Numbered from the stretch's first letter, positions 23,473 through 38,422 are shown. The stretch: DNA of 64,000 nt from Paraspadella gotoi (GCA_051294375.1 CM119266.1:4524573-4588572), one strand, 5' to 3'. The notes: a model not told the origin generated them from the letters alone. Numbers and translations: made by a program.

Positions 23473-25511
23473 CCTCCTTTTCAAGCAATCCAAAACTCAT
23501 TTTTAAGATTATTCTTTTTTTGGCGTTACGAGCAATGCATGATAGCCTCTTTGTATTAATACTGGTTGCGTTCTCCAATCATTTCTTAGACGAAGCTCCG
23601 CACAGTTTTCGTACTCATTAGAGTTAGACTTTAACGTCAGCTTAAAATTATTGACTTTAGATCCAAAGCCTTTTGCCAATTTTTTCCGGGAACTTCGCGT
23701 GTGGCGAAAAAAGCTTTACGGGAAATTATACAGCCTGATTAAGAAAAAAAAAATTAATTTGACAATTTTCAAGCCTAAATTAAAAAAAAAGTATGAATGT
23801 CCGTTTTGGAAAAGTCATTGACTAACTAAAAATCATTTTTCTGCATCAACTTAAACCGAGTACCAATTTCATAAGTTTTCCCTCCCCCCACGAATTTTCC
23901 CCAGAATTTTGTTCAGATATAACTTTAATTCTCAAATTGACTTTTTGCAATTTTCTATCTTTCCTTACCTCAGCTCGAATTTCCCACACGTTTTTTACCT
24001 ATTCTATTTTATTATGTTAACTTACCTCACGGATCCCTCTTTAATTTCCCCTCATATATCGAATCCCCTTTCCCCCACCTTAATCCGCTCGCTCACCCCC
24101 CCCCCCCATCGACCACCACGCTTCCACGCGCGCGCACCGTTGGAAATCACGTGGACTCTTGCCGCGACTCAAAACCCAACGCTGCGCGCGTGATGGGCTC
24201 GCCGGCTTCGAACTCCGTCACCGCGCAAACCAAAACAAAATTTATCTCTTGTATATCCTTGACCGCGTCCGGTTGCAGGATCCGGTTGCCGGGGCAAAGA
24301 TGCGGGGCGGGGGCGAAATGCGAGGTGGGGCGGAAAAAAAAATAGAAACGGGCATAACTCGATGACGGGAAAACTCGAAAGCGGAAACAAGGATGGCCGA
24401 GAAATGGAAGGCGGCAGAGATTAGGGAAAAGCTAAAATTGAGACAGAAAAAAAAGGAAGCGGGCAAAGGATGGCGGGCAGCGGAAAAAATGGAAACGGCC
24501 AGTGATGGAGGAAAGATCGAAATGAAGCCGGACAAAGAACGGCGTAAAGAGAGATGCGGAATGCTTAATAAGAAATGGAGGTAAAGGATGAAATGGCCAG
24601 AATAGAAATGGAGCGAAATGGCAGAGAATGTCAGGGCAGGAACGAATGGGACGAACACAGAGACGCCGATGTCTCGGGACGGCCAGTGCCCACTTTACGT
24701 CTCGCTGGATAAACCGTGATGGTCAATCAGTTTTGCCCAATAGAATCTAAGTCGGACGCAACGTGAAACTTTAGCATTCATATTTTAACGGAGGGTCGGG
24801 GCCAATGGGAGGGCGGCGAAGCTTAAAAATGAGTAGTTTGAAGTTGAACTTTTAGGTCGTTCAGTCTCCAACCCCCGCTGGTGAAATAGAAGAGATAAAT
24901 TTGAAGAAATGCAGTAAAGGAGAAATTGCACGAAATCAAGTAGAAAGGGAAATCAATTTCTCTGTTCCGGGATCGTTCTATTTCCCACGGATATTTTGGA
25001 ATTTGTGGTTATTGCTTCCTTATCGTGCATTGCTCTCTTTAGCGACGTGCACTTTTTTCGTTGGTTATTTAAAGTTTTTTGATCGAGTCATCGTTTACGC
25101 CTCGTATTAATTGTCCCCGATTCTCCAGCTCAGTTTTCACGCTTAAAAAAAACTGACGAACTTTTTGATTGCATGATTGGAAGCGGATGCGCAAAAAAAA
25201 AAATGGCGGCAAAAGAGTCGGATGATGAGCTTTTCGAAAAGATTTTTTTCCTTTCGCCAAAGTTTATTTTTTTAGCCCTTTTTAATCAGTATCGTGACAT
25301 TAAAAGATTTGTCTTTTTAGATCATTTGGTCTAGATTTTCCAGCAATTATTAATTAATTAATTTAATTAATTAAAAAAGAACAAAAATTGAATAGAATTT
25401 GGAACAATTAAGAAAATGGAAAGAAATGTCGACGCCTTCTTCTTACCGCTGTTTCATTTACTGTTAATATTTCAATGCGATTCGCAACCGTGAGGGAAAG
25501 AATGTGTCTTC

Positions 25512-25566
<55 letters not shown>

Positions 25567-27879
25567 CTCAAGGCGACGAAAGATGAAAGATGAAGGACAC
25601 AGATTTTCTCACCGTTTTAGTCTTTCCCCGATTTTTTGTCTTATTTTTTTTGGTCCTCGCCATTTTTCCACTGTTGTCTTAGTTTTCTATCCTTTCCCGT
25701 CATTTTTTCACCTTCCATTTGTTTTCTCTTGTTCAGTCACTGTCATTTTTTTGTGTATTTATAATGTTTTTATATAGTTTATTATATTCTATTGTATATC
25801 TTGGAGATTAAATAGCTAAGTGGGGCTAAAGCAGTGCTATCCGCAACTTCATTAACCCCCTCTAGCTGCCATGGGATCGGGTCCTGAAGCGTGTCATCTA
25901 TATAGGCCAGGGGGTGAACTTGTGCAATGCCGACTACAACCTATTTAATTTTGTATATTATTTTATTTATATCTTTTATTGTTGAGGCAAGCAAAGGTTA
26001 TTATTCGTTATCACATATTTTGAAACAATCATATTGTAAAAATAATAAAAAACCTTTCTTGACTAATTTACTATTATCAAAACGCCAAACGAACCGAAAG
26101 AATGAATGCGATAATAGATCATTTTTATATATTTTTCATTTATTTTTTATATGGTTGTATCAACTTCCATAGGATTGTTCGATTCACCGGAGCTGGAAAG
26201 ACACCACATCTCCCTTTGTTTGTTTCTTTTTCAAACTATGTATAATTCAGTGGCTGATTAGAAAAAGATTGATAGAAAAGTAGAGAAAAAAATATGGAAG
26301 ATAAAAAATAAAAAACTTAAAGTTGAATGAAAAAAATGGTTAAAAAAAGGAGCTTCACATATAAAAAACTTGATACGATTTATTTCCTAATTGTTTAACT
26401 TATCCTTTAAAATCACCTTTTTTTTTCCACCTCCCCTTTTCAAGTTTCAACGACTTCTTCTTCTCTTTTTTTGTCTACTTCCCTCCCTCCCTCTTCCCTT
26501 ATTTCCTCCTTCGTCACCCTTCCGCTTCTCCATTGATTTTTTCCGTCTCCTTCTCTCAAGATTTGCATGTTTTCGTTTTTTTTTCCCTTTCGATCGAATC
26601 GAACCGAAACGAAAAGACAAACTTCGTCGCGTCGAGCCACAAGTCGCGCCAGTGACCGCTTCACGCAGCCACTGTGCAGCAGTGAAATGACAGAGCGCTG
26701 TGCGCATGTTCAATTTCGCAGTCTTTCAATTTTTTAATTTCCTATTAACGTAACCTTCGCAGGCACGTCATTGACTTCAGCGGACTGCTCTCTTGTATTT
26801 AATATCGCTTCCCAACACCTTTCCGATTGAATTCAGGCTGGCTTGGACTCTTCTTGTTTTGTTTTTTTTGTTGTTGTTGTTGTTTGTTGTTTTGTTTTTT
26901 ATTTTTGTGTTTTGTTCTTTGCTTTTCCAGCTATTACAAGAATGCTCGTTTAACAGAAATTTACCTTTTTACACTTTTAAACTCACAGCCTCACATCTCA
27001 CGCCTTTTAAAAGATCACATCATCCAATTTCGCTTCGAATCAGGAAAATGTCCCCCACCTTATTTAAACGTAATCTGTATTTTTTTTCTTTTCCAGGGCT
27101 TAAAATTGACGATATATATCGTTTCTCCCACTTTGCGCAACGCGCTTTAACGACCACCAGCATGTGGGTAGATACGTACTCTGCATCTCATTATATTATT
27201 CATCATAATCAAAGCGATAGGTTTCGTCGTATTGGTTTGCATTCTTTATCTGGTGCGGTTCTCATTGTCATTTGGTTTAACTTGGTTTGTACCTGTTATT
27301 CTGTTGATGATGTCGCTTGGTTCACAAAGCGAGTGAGACTTGCTTCATGGCTTCTATTTAACTTCAAGTCTCTTTCCTAAACTTGTTCTAATTATCACCG
27401 GTTATAGTGGTGGCTATCATTCATCATCATCATTCATCATCATTCATCATCATCTCATTCATCATTCATCATCATTCATCATCATCGATCATCATCGATC
27501 ATCATCATCAGTGTCGTCGTCCTCGGCCAAGTTCGTATCGGCTAGAGCTTCGAGAGACAAATTCCACGGATTTTCCCAAAAATAAAAAAAATGCGGGATC
27601 CGCTTTTTCCTTGAAGGATTCACTCGGTCGGCCTTTCAGTCGAATTCGCCCTTTAAAGAATCGCTTCATCCGAACCTTCGTATCATCCGAACCTCGTCAA
27701 AATCTCATCCAGGCGTCGACTTACGGCCATACTCATCCGAAAACCTCATTCAAACAATGTGAAAATCTCTTTTTGAATTTTATTCCAGGATTTTATTCTC
27801 AACTAAATCTTATTGATACGTAACTAAACCCAAGCCCGTGCTCTCAACAAAGCGACTACAAATTCAAGAAAGCACAAGA

Positions 27880-28335
27880 ACAGCTCATCTAATCCTATCC
27901 AGCCACATTTTCAACCACATCCGTCCTCAGCTTCATCTAATCCTTCATCCCAAATCTCACGCTCTCAATCAAGATCCCATCCTCAGCTTCAGATAATCCA
28001 TTATTCCAAGCTCTCATAGTTCAACCAAACCCCATATTCAGGCTTCATCTAATTCTCATCCGAAGCCTCATTTTGAACGGAATTCCCACTCTGGCGACTC
28101 AAATAATTCTCATCCAAGGCCCCATTTTCACTTGATTTCCATCCTCACGCCTCAAAAATCTCATCCAAGCCACATTTTCAACCTTAATCCCATCCTCAGC
28201 ACTCAAATTAATCTTCATCCAAGCCACAATTTTCAACGTTAATCCCATCCTCAGCTTCAAATATCCTCATGCCAAGCTTAATTATAAACTAAATCCCTTT
28301 CTCCAGCCTCGTCTAATCTTCATCCTCATTCTCGA
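27880..28335. repeat. Degenerate approximately 52-54-bp minisatellite, about 8 copies
   Basis: Recurring cccatcctcagcttca.ctaatcttcatccaagccacattttcaacc. Confidence 0.75.
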
Positions 28336-29048
28336 ATCTCGACCGAAAAAAATTCTCTGGAGACGAAAGAATATTAGCGAGCCGTTGGGCGCCGCGGTCA
28401 AGGAACTTGGGATTTTTTTTTCCAATAAACTTGCTTTGCAGCGGGAGGATGGGCAGTGGAGACGACGACGACGGACGACGACGACGACGAGCGACGAGGG
28501 ATAACAAGGGATTAAAAAAGCGAAAAAAATCAAGTAGTAAAAAAGAGAATTGTTATCTTTACTATCTTCCGTAAGGTCTTGATTAATCAAATGTATAACG
28601 TTTATATTCTATTTACACTTCTAAATTACAAACGTTAGCTCGATGGTTTGTTCCTTTCTCTTTTTCTCTATTTTTTTATTTCTCTTTCTTTTATAATTCT
28701 TTTCTATTTCTCGTTTTTTTTTCTTTCTCTTTTCACTTATTTTTTTCTGTGAACGTTAATTAATCTTGATTAGTTATACTTTTGTTGTAAAAAGGTATTG
28801 AAATTATGTTATCTTAGTTTCGGCGAGGGGCGGAGGTCGCGCATGCGGGCGGAAAGGGATCAAATCTCTCCAAGATACTCGGTTTCAGAAAATTGTTGGA
28901 GGCAAAGGCAATGCCATCGGAAACTCGATTCCGTCGACATTTTGATCAACAAATGGAAACACAAAGAAAAGAATCGATAAGTAGGACGCAGCCTTAACTG
29001 GCTGATTATATGTCCCTCTCTTTCTCTCTCTCTCTCTCTCTCCTCTCT

Positions 29049-29084
<36 letters not shown>

Positions 29085-29420
29085 TCTCTCTCTTCAAAAA
29101 AGAACACAAAAATCCAGTGTTTTTTAAGCATTAAGCATTTAAGCATTTAAAAAATGGCAAAGTTAAAAGGCTACGGAAGTTAGGGCATAAAGAAATTAAC
29201 GAGTTCTACGTGACTATGGTTCAAATCAGAGACTTAATCTCTCATCTCTCTCTCTCTTCTCTTCCTCTCTCTCTCCTCTCTCTCTCTCTCTCTTTTTCTT
29301 TTATTAACAGTTTGGAGTGAGTTACTCTTGAGGGCGATTTTTTCTTCATTATCTTAGCAACCAGACGCGATTAAGCTCGAACATTTTTTTCCTTTCGACC
29401 TAACTTCGCGCTTCACCTTA

Positions 29421-29465
<45 letters not shown>

Positions 29466-32082
29466 TCTCGTCTCTGCTCTCTCTCTGCTCTCTGCCCGTT
29501 TCCGGCAGCTTTCATTCAAAAATTCAAGCAAGGCTCTCGACTCCCCGTTTGCGTCTTTATTCAGAAACTCAGGCAAGCATTTTTTTCCTTGTCTTCTGTT
29601 TTTTTTTTTATATTTTTTATTTTTCTTTTGCTCACCGTTTAATTTTCTTGTTTTCCTTTTCCTTTTCGCCCCCGGAGGAAAAACTTTCGTGGAGACGTCA
29701 GCAGTGAGATAAGACCAATAAGAGATGAGAGAGAGAAGAGAGAGAGGAGAGGAGAGAGGGAGACGAGAGAGAGAGAGAGGAGAGAGAGACTGAGAGAGAG
29801 AGAGGAGAGAGCACAGGGGGATTGTTTTCTGTTTTAATGAAGCTTCGAATCGAAGATGCCGTCCTGCCCATTAGCATTTCTCCAGTCTTCCCGCGCCGGG
29901 CGCCGTTCCTCTCCTCCTTTTCTAATTCTTCGCCTTCCTCCCTTTCCTCCTCTCCTCCTCTTTCGCCAAGATATTCTTTCCTTTCCTTCTTCTTACTCCT
30001 TCCTTTCTTTCCTCTTCCTTTCCTCCCCTTCTCTCGACCCGAGTCGAGAAAAAGAAGACAAAAGAAAGAGGGAATAGGGGCGGGACGAGGATAATCCTGA
30101 ACGGGCCGAATCGTCTTCGCGTCGTTGTTGTTTTCTGTCGTTTGGTACAGCTTGTAGGTTGTTTTTCGTTGTTGTCGGTTCCTGCCTCGTCGAACGAAAC
30201 AACATGCCGGAGGGCGGACCAAGCCGAAGAAGAGAAGAGGAGGGGGTGGGGGAGGCGGAGGAGGAGGAGGGAGGAGGACGAGGAGACGGATGACGGATGA
30301 AGGAATGGAGAAGGATTGAGTTACTAGAGCGGAATGAGACGAAGTGGATAAGATTGAGAGCGTCGCGAGTGGAAGTAGAGCCGATGAGAGAAATCTTATT
30401 AAAGACTTGAGAGAAGGATTCATGAGACGAGCATCAAGCACAACGAAGATTGTAACTCGATTCTAAAATCTGATTTAAATTTGTTCTGAGTTGCTCGAAT
30501 TATAAAATTATATTGTATGGACTTTTCGTGAGACCGACAGGAGCGATCAGTGAAGCAGGCTGGTCAAGGTAGTGGCTATAAAGCAGAGAAGATAAGCGAT
30601 GGAGCGGAAAGACGATATGATTTTTTTCCCGAGTTTAAAAAAAATAAACAGAGTACGGAGAAGAGTATTGTGCGTCCAGGATATTCTGAACTTGGACATA
30701 GGTAGGACGAATTAGTCAATAGTCTGCCGTCAAGTGAAGCAGGAATTGATGTATGCAGAAAATTAGATTATGATTAGAGCATTCGCGAGATCGCAGTTGA
30801 ACCAAAGTGGTCATCTGCCTTCATCATAGTTAGGCGAGATCGTCTTCGTTCGTCGTCGTCGTGCTGTCGACTTCGTCGTCAGTCGTCGTGTGCGTCGTCG
30901 TCGTCGGTCCTTCAGTGGATTGATGTGTTTTGGCGGTCACCAATTCAGTCGTGAATTCTCACCGGTGAATCCGGTGTGAGTGGCAAAAACTTTTGCTCAT
31001 TTTTGTCATATTAGAGATGTAGAATAACAATCTTCAATGATGAATTGTGATAGCTGGTCATTAGAGCTGTCAGTATTGCACGCCCGAGTGCAAGATTCTT
31101 CTTCTTTTATGTCTCGTCGATATCAGGCCTATTTCTTGCGCGTTCGCTCGATTGCTAGTTCTAAGTTCTAATTTTTGTTTTATATTTAGCGCAGAGATAC
31201 CAAACAATCATCTATGAATATTAAAATCTAAGAGAGAGAGAGTAGAAGAGAGAGAGAGAGACGAGAGAGAGGAGAGAGAGAGAGAGAGAGAGAGAGGACG
31301 ACAAGATGAGAGAGGTGATAGAGAAGAGAGAATCGCAGTGCCAAAAAGAACCCAAGTCATTTTGGATTTAACTTAATCAGTTTTTTATTACTTTAATTCT
31401 CGGCGCCATTTTTTAAAAATCCTTTTGGTTGAACGAAGTCGTAAATAATTTGATTCTCATTTACGGATTTAATTAAAGAAATTCTTTTTAGAGAGAGAAT
31501 TTTACGGTTATAACTCATTTATTAAGTCGAGAGAGAAGTTAACTGACTAAATAGAGAGATTTAGATTTAGATTTAGATTAAACTTGTGAAAAGATTAAGA
31601 ACCAAAGTGGATGGTTTCCTCTTTGTAAAACCTTAGTCTAAAAAAGTTTATGATTTAATTTGCGTAGCATAGATACTCAATATCATTTGCATTTTGTAGC
31701 AGTTGAGATTATTGTTATATCTTTTGGTTCGATTTTATTTAAAGTTTTATTTTACTATTTGAACAATACTTTTAATAAAGTTTAATAATGATTCAGGTTC
31801 TAAATAATATCTAGATATTTTGGTTTTGTAGCAGTTTTCATGTTGGCCTGTACAACATTACCAATTTTAAAGTTTAATTTTGATTAGAAAAATATTTTCG
31901 CTGATAATTGGGTGAAATTTCACTCAATTGTCTTTTAATAAAAAAAAATTTTTCAACTAACATAGTAGTATTAAACCTGTGACTAAACATGTTAACAGTT
32001 ATTCAATACGAAATTCCTTAAATTTCTATTTAAATCTTCTCTCGTTCGATCTTGACAATAGATTTGACGAAGACAACAACAA

Positions 32083-32878
32083 TTCTCAACTAAGATCTCA
32101 ACTCAACTCAGACGATTCTCAACTCAGATCTCNNNNNNNNNNNNNNNNNNNNNNNNNAAACACTCAACTCGCATTGCATCAATTCAGCTCAACTCAGCAT
32201 TCTCACTCGAATGGCTCACAACTCAGACGTTATCAACTGTCAGAGTCTCAGACTGCAACTGCAGGACGATTCTCAACTCAGATCCTCAAGCTCAACTCAG
32301 ACCGATTATCAGACTCAGATCTCAACCTCAACTCAGACGATTCTCCAGACTCAAGATCTCAAACCAACTCAGACGATTCTCGTCACTCAGATCTCAACTC
32401 AAGCTCAGGACGATTCTAACTCAGATCTCAACTCAACTCAGGACGATTATTCAAGCTAAGATCGTCAACTCACTCAGACGATTGTCTTCCAACTGCACGG
32501 ATCTCAACATCACAACTCAGACGGATCTCTCAACTCAGATCTACTAATCAGCTCGGGAATACTCGGAGCCAACTCACAACTGCATGTAACTCGGAATCGC
32601 ATCTCAACTCAGATCTCACTCAACTCAGACGATTCTCAACTCAGATCTTCAACTCAACTCAGACGATTCTCCAAACTCATATCTCAACACAAGCTCAGAA
32701 CGGATTCTCAACTCACGATCTCAACTCGAACTCAGGGACGATTCCTCAACTCAGACGATTATCAACTCAGATCGTCAACTACACTCAAGGACGATTCTCA
32801 ACTCAGTCTCAACTCCAACTACAGACGATTCTTAACCATTAACTCAACTCAGACGATTCTCGAACTCGAGATCTCAAT
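32083..32878. repeat. Approximately 33-bp minisatellite (CTCAACTCAACTCAGACGATTCTCAACTCAGAT), cleaner short copy at 33727-33808
   Basis: Visible directly; built from CTCAA/CTCAG pentamers. Confidence 0.9.
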
Positions 32879-33983
32879 TAGTGGGCGTCGCCTTTTATGA
32901 CAAATATGGTCGAGCCGCTTCCATAGCCGCACCTCGCCGCTCTTCCAGACCCCAATCTCATGTAACCTCTTCTAGCGCCCCCTTCTTCCAGTTCTCACCA
33001 TTCTCATCTTTCAAGGGCATATAGTAAGCGCCAGCAAAGAACGGATCAGAGATACAGAGAGCCAAGAAGGAAAAGACGATGAGGAGGAAGAAGAGATGAG
33101 AGACGAAGAGTAAAAGAAATGAGAGAGAGAGAGAGAGAAAGAAGAGAGAGAGGATAAAAAACCTGTTACCACCCAGATCTTTTATTTTTTAATTTTTACA
33201 CCCAAAATCTCTCTGGCCTCTAGGTCTCTAGGCCTCTAGGCTAAGCTGGTACCCCAGATGACTATCACCCCTTACCCAACTCCTCTCCCCCTCACTACGC
33301 TCGCTCACCTTTCCCACCATTGGTCCCAACTAAACCAACCAAAACGCCTCACCAAAGCGCCCACCCGTTCGGCGAAAGATTCTATACCATTTTAATACCG
33401 TGACTTTTTTTATATTTTTAACCATATATGTGAATTCTCGAGTAGAATGGTACTACCAAATGGACCTACCGGTGATGTCTGATGGCTGACGGGCCTCGGA
33501 GACGCAGTTAGGAGACGCATTTTGTGTATTGTAAGACACTCGAATGCAGTGTTCAGTGTGTATTGTGTAGTTGAAGCAAGAAAGAGAAGTCTTTGCGTCG
33601 ATTAATCAATTTATTGTTTTTGATTCAATGTCTAAATTCCAGTTCGAATGATAATTATTCGAATATTGTTTTTGATTGGTTTGAAATCTGTATCTGTGTT
33701 GTCTTTATTTTATCTTGTTCTCATCGAACTCACTCAACTCAGATCTCAACTCAACTCAGACGATTCTCAACTTAACTCAACTCAGACGATTCTCAACTCA
33801 GATCTCAATTAGTGGGCGTCGCTTTTATGAAAATATGTCGACCCTTCCATAGCCGCACCTCGCCCTCTTCCAGACCCCAATCCTCATAACCTCTTCTACG
33901 CCCCCCTTCCTTCTCAGTTCTCACCATTCTCATCTTTACATATTAGTAAGCGCCAGCAAAGAAACGATCAGAGATACAGAGAG

Positions 33984-34032
<49 letters not shown>

Positions 34033-34779
34033 CATAAAAAACCTGTTACCACCCAATTTTTTATTTTTTATTTTTTACACCAAAATCTCTCTGGCCTCTA
34101 GGCCTCTAGGCCTCTAGGCTGCTGTATCCCAATGAATATCACCCCTACCCCACTCTCTCTCCCCCTCACTACCTCGCCACCTTCCCACCTTCCCCATAAA
34201 CCACCAACGCCTCCCAAACGCCACCTTTCGGCCGAAGATTCTCACTCCATTTAATCGTTGACTTTTTTTTCTTTACATAAAGCGCCATCTCGAGTCGAGG
34301 ATCAAAGTGACACGGTGATTCTGACGCCGACGGCGCCTGACGAGTAGAGACGCTTTTTTATGTAAAAAGCACTGTGCAGTGTGTGCAGTGTGTCATTGTG
34401 CTGTGTGCACAAGCTTTATCCGATGTGCGGTTTAACCCCAAACTGTTTACTGAAAATAATTGAATCCTCCGTAGTCACTCCGCATTATGCACATTATGCA
34501 CATTATGCACAGTATTCATTGTATGGTATTTCACTCAGTCGTACTCAGTAAAATTGACTCGTTGTACGAGTATTGACTGTTATGGACGCAACTGTGCAAC
34601 TTTTCTCAGTGCAGACTTCAGATTACTACAGCCTCTTACCAATCAAGTTTTATTAGCGACTTGATCTAAGACTCAAGGGCCGTTTGGAGCCCAAGCGGGA
34701 CCCCGAGGGGCGATATCGCTCCTCAAGGTGACTTGCAAATCGTCGTCGTCGACGTCGTCGTCCCTCACACTCTCAAGAG

Positions 34780-34793
34780 GTTGCCATGGAAAC
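34780..34793. promoter_or_regulatory. RFX X-box motif
   Basis: GTTGCCATGGAAAC, a 14-bp near-perfect X-box palindrome in a GC-rich patch. Confidence 0.5.
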
Positions 34794-34849
34794 GACACGG
34801 GCGAAGCGATACAAAGTTATTGGATTCAAAGTCGGAATAAAATTGATAT

Positions 34850-35227
<378 letters not shown>

Positions 35228-35294
35228 TAAAACAAAATGAATAAAATAATAAATAGATAAATAACTAAATAAATAAATAAATAAATAAATTATC

Positions 35295-35585
35295 AATCAA
35301 TTAGTCACGTATCATTCAATCAATCAATTACTCACGTCTCATTCAATCAATCAATTACTCAAGTCTCATTCAATCAATCAGTTACTCACATCTCATTCAA
35401 TCAATCAATTACTCACGTTTCATTCAATCAATCCGTTACTCACATCTCATTCAATCAATCAATTACTCATATCTCATTCAATCCATCAATTACTCACGTC
35501 TCATTCAATCAATCAATTACTCACGTGTCATTCAATCAATCAATTACTCACGTGTCATTCAATCAATCAATTACTCACGTCTCAT
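35295..35585. repeat. 27-bp minisatellite (TCATTCAATCAATCAATTACTCACGTC), about 11 copies
   Basis: Visible directly, with few substitutions. Confidence 0.95.
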
Positions 35586-35850
35586 CCACAATTGATTCTC
35601 CTTATTTTTTCTTTCAAGTTTCTTTTTCAGTTTTTAGTCCAAAATCTGAATAAAAAAATGTAAAAAGTAATGACTTTGTTATTGAAAGGAAAGAATAATC
35701 TTAACAAAAATACTTTTGTTGTTGGGAAAATAATAAAAAATGCAAAAAAAGAAAAAAAATTTTAAAAAGAAAAAAAAGAAAAGAGAGAAAGAAGCGCGAA
35801 AAATAAAAAAAAAACAAAAAAATGTTTCCTCTTCTCTATTCTTAGGTAAA

Positions 35851-35889
<39 letters not shown>

Positions 35890-37938
35890 AAATCGCTTTT
35901 GATGTCATTTTCTGTCCCTTGAGACCAAAAAGGCGTAGCAAATTAGAAACGCACGCTTTGGATCTATGGAGCGTCTCTATCTCTCTCTCTCTCTCTCTCA
36001 CTCTCTTTCTCTCTCTCTCNNNNNNNNNNNNNNNNNNNNNNNNNNNNNNNNNNNNNNNNNNNNNNNNNNNNNNNNNNNNNNNNNNNNNNNNNNNNNNNNN
36101 NNNNNNNNNNNNNNNNNNNNNNNNNNNNNNNNNNNNNNNNNNNNNNNNNNNNNNNNNNNNNNNNNNNNNNNNNNNNNNNNNNNNNNNNNNNNNNNNNNNN
36201 NNNNNNNNNNNNNNNNNNNNNNNNNNNNNNNNNNNNNNNNNNNNNNNNNNNNNNNNNNNNNNNNNNNNNNNNNNNNNNNCGTCGTCGTCATCGTCTCCCA
36301 AACTGAAAATGGTTATTGTGATGAATGGATTGGGTGATCCTCGTCTTCAAGAGTCGACGTCGTTGCTGCAGTGGTTGCTGCGGTTAAGACTCCAAACATG
36401 CGGCAGCCTCCATGGTTATTTGCTGCTGTTGAAAATTGGGTTCCTTAAATCCATCGATATTACGAGGACACGACTGACCTCCGTCGTCGAAGTTGCCAAA
36501 GGTGATGGGGCTTTTCTTTTTCTTTTTCTTTTTTCTTTTTCTTTTTCTTTTTCTTTTTCTTTTTCTTTTTTCTTTTTTCTTTTTTCTTTTTTCTTTTTTC
36601 TTTTTCTTTTTTCTTTTTTCTTTTTTCTTTTTTCTTCTTCTTCTTCTTTTTCTTTTTCTTTTTCTTTTTCTTTTGACAATGGATGATGTTTGGTTTAGTC
36701 TTTGCTTCACCATGAATTAAACCTCTTGAATTAGCTCTCATGAATCAACTCATGAATTACCTCATGTTTCAATTTAAAGACCAAAAAAAAAATCTCTGCT
36801 AATCCTTTCGCTCGATTCAGACCTCATGTGTTCGTCCGCCTTTTTATTTCCTTTTTCTCCTTTTTTTCCTTTATTTTATTTTATTTTTTTCATTTTCTTT
36901 CGTTTTCTCTTCCTATTTTCGTTTCTTTTCTTTTGATCTTTCGTTGTTTGACTTTTAAATTAAATTTATGTTTTGTTTACAAACATAATTTCATTATTCT
37001 AAATTTAGCTACTGATTTCGCTCGGACTTCCATGTCATTCTATGTTACTGTCCAATGCGGAGATTTCCTTACTTTTTTTCTTTTCTCTTACTTGTCTTTT
37101 CTCTCTCTCTTTCTCTCTTTCTCTCTTTCTCTCTCTNNNNNNNNNNNNNNNNNNNNNNNNNNNNNNNNNNNNNNNNNNNNNNNNNNNNNNNNNNNNNNNN
37201 NNNNNNNNNNNNNNNNNNNNNNNNNNNNNNNNNNNNNNNNNNNNNNNNNNNNNNNNNNNNNNNNNNNNNNNNNNNNNNNNNNNNNNNNNNNNNNNNNNNN
37301 NNNNNNNNNNNNNNNNNNNNNNNNNNNNNNNNNNNNNNNNNNNNNNNNNNNNNNNNNNNNNNNNNNNNNNNNNNNNNNNNNNNNNNNNNNNNNNNNNNNN
37401 NNNNNNNNNNNNNNNNNNNNNNNNNNNNNNNNNNNNNNNNNNNNNNNNNNNNNNNNNNNNNNNNNNNNNNNNNNNNNNNNNNNNNNNNNNNNNNNNNNNN
37501 NNNNNNNNNNNNNNNNNNNNNNNNNNNNNNNNNNNNNNNNNNNNNNNNNNNNCCATCAGTCCTCTCCACCAATCCACCAATGCACGCCATTGGGCCACAA
37601 CACCAGTGCGCAACTGCGCCACTGCGCCACTGCGCCACTCCCACCGTCTCCCACGATCCTCCCTTTTCCTCTCATTTCCAACTTGGGTCGGTCAGTCTCT
37701 CTCTCTCTNNNNNNNNNNNNNNNNNNNNNNNNNNNNNNNNNNNNNNNNNNNNNNNNNNNNNNNNNNNNNNNNNNNNNNNNNNNNNNNNNNNNNNNNNNNN
37801 NNNNNNNNNNNNNNNNNNNNNNNNNNNNNNNNNNNNNNNNNNNNNCAAAGTCGAGCTCCTTCTTTGCATACGTATTGCGGTTTCCACCAAATCTGGTGGG
37901 AGGGTTCGAAGGCGAGAGGCTGACGGAGAAACTTTGGC

Positions 37939-37939
37939 G

Positions 37940-37997
<58 letters not shown>

Positions 37998-38002
37998 CGT
38001 TG
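37939..38002. repeat. (GTT)n microsatellite
   Basis: Visible directly. Confidence 0.95.
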
Positions 38003-38422
38003 TCGGACAAATGATTTTTGACCTCGTTGTCTTCGTCAGCAAAAAATTGAGCAGAGAAGTCATCATGTTTTATTCTGTGTCTTTTGTTAATGTTGATAAT
38101 TATTATGTTCTTTTGTTTACTTGTACACAAGTTCATTTGTTCATTAGTTATTTAGGTCATTAGTTAATTTGTTCGTATGCTTATTTATTTTGTTTATTTC
38201 TTTTTTTGTATATTCTATTTATTTCATTCATTTTTCACTTTGTTGCTTAGTTACTTTGTTTGTTTTTATACTAATACTTATTAGTTTTATTTAGATCCCG
38301 ATTTGCTCATTTGTTTCAGTCGTTAAAATCGAATACTTTTTCGACGAGATTTAGTCCCGACTTCATTTTAATCTCCTCTTCTCCACTCGACCACCCTNNN
38401 NNNNNNNNNNNNNNNNNNNNNN

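Noticed and set aside
30810-31230. Direct repeat of about 20548-20902, resembling LTRs 10 kb apart
   Set aside because: Differences are mostly single-base insertions, there are no TG..CA ends or gag/pol between them, and the partner ends at a 25-N gap.
32870-33570. Duplicate of about 33800-34400
   Set aside because: Noisy copy downstream of the 25-N gap at 32133.
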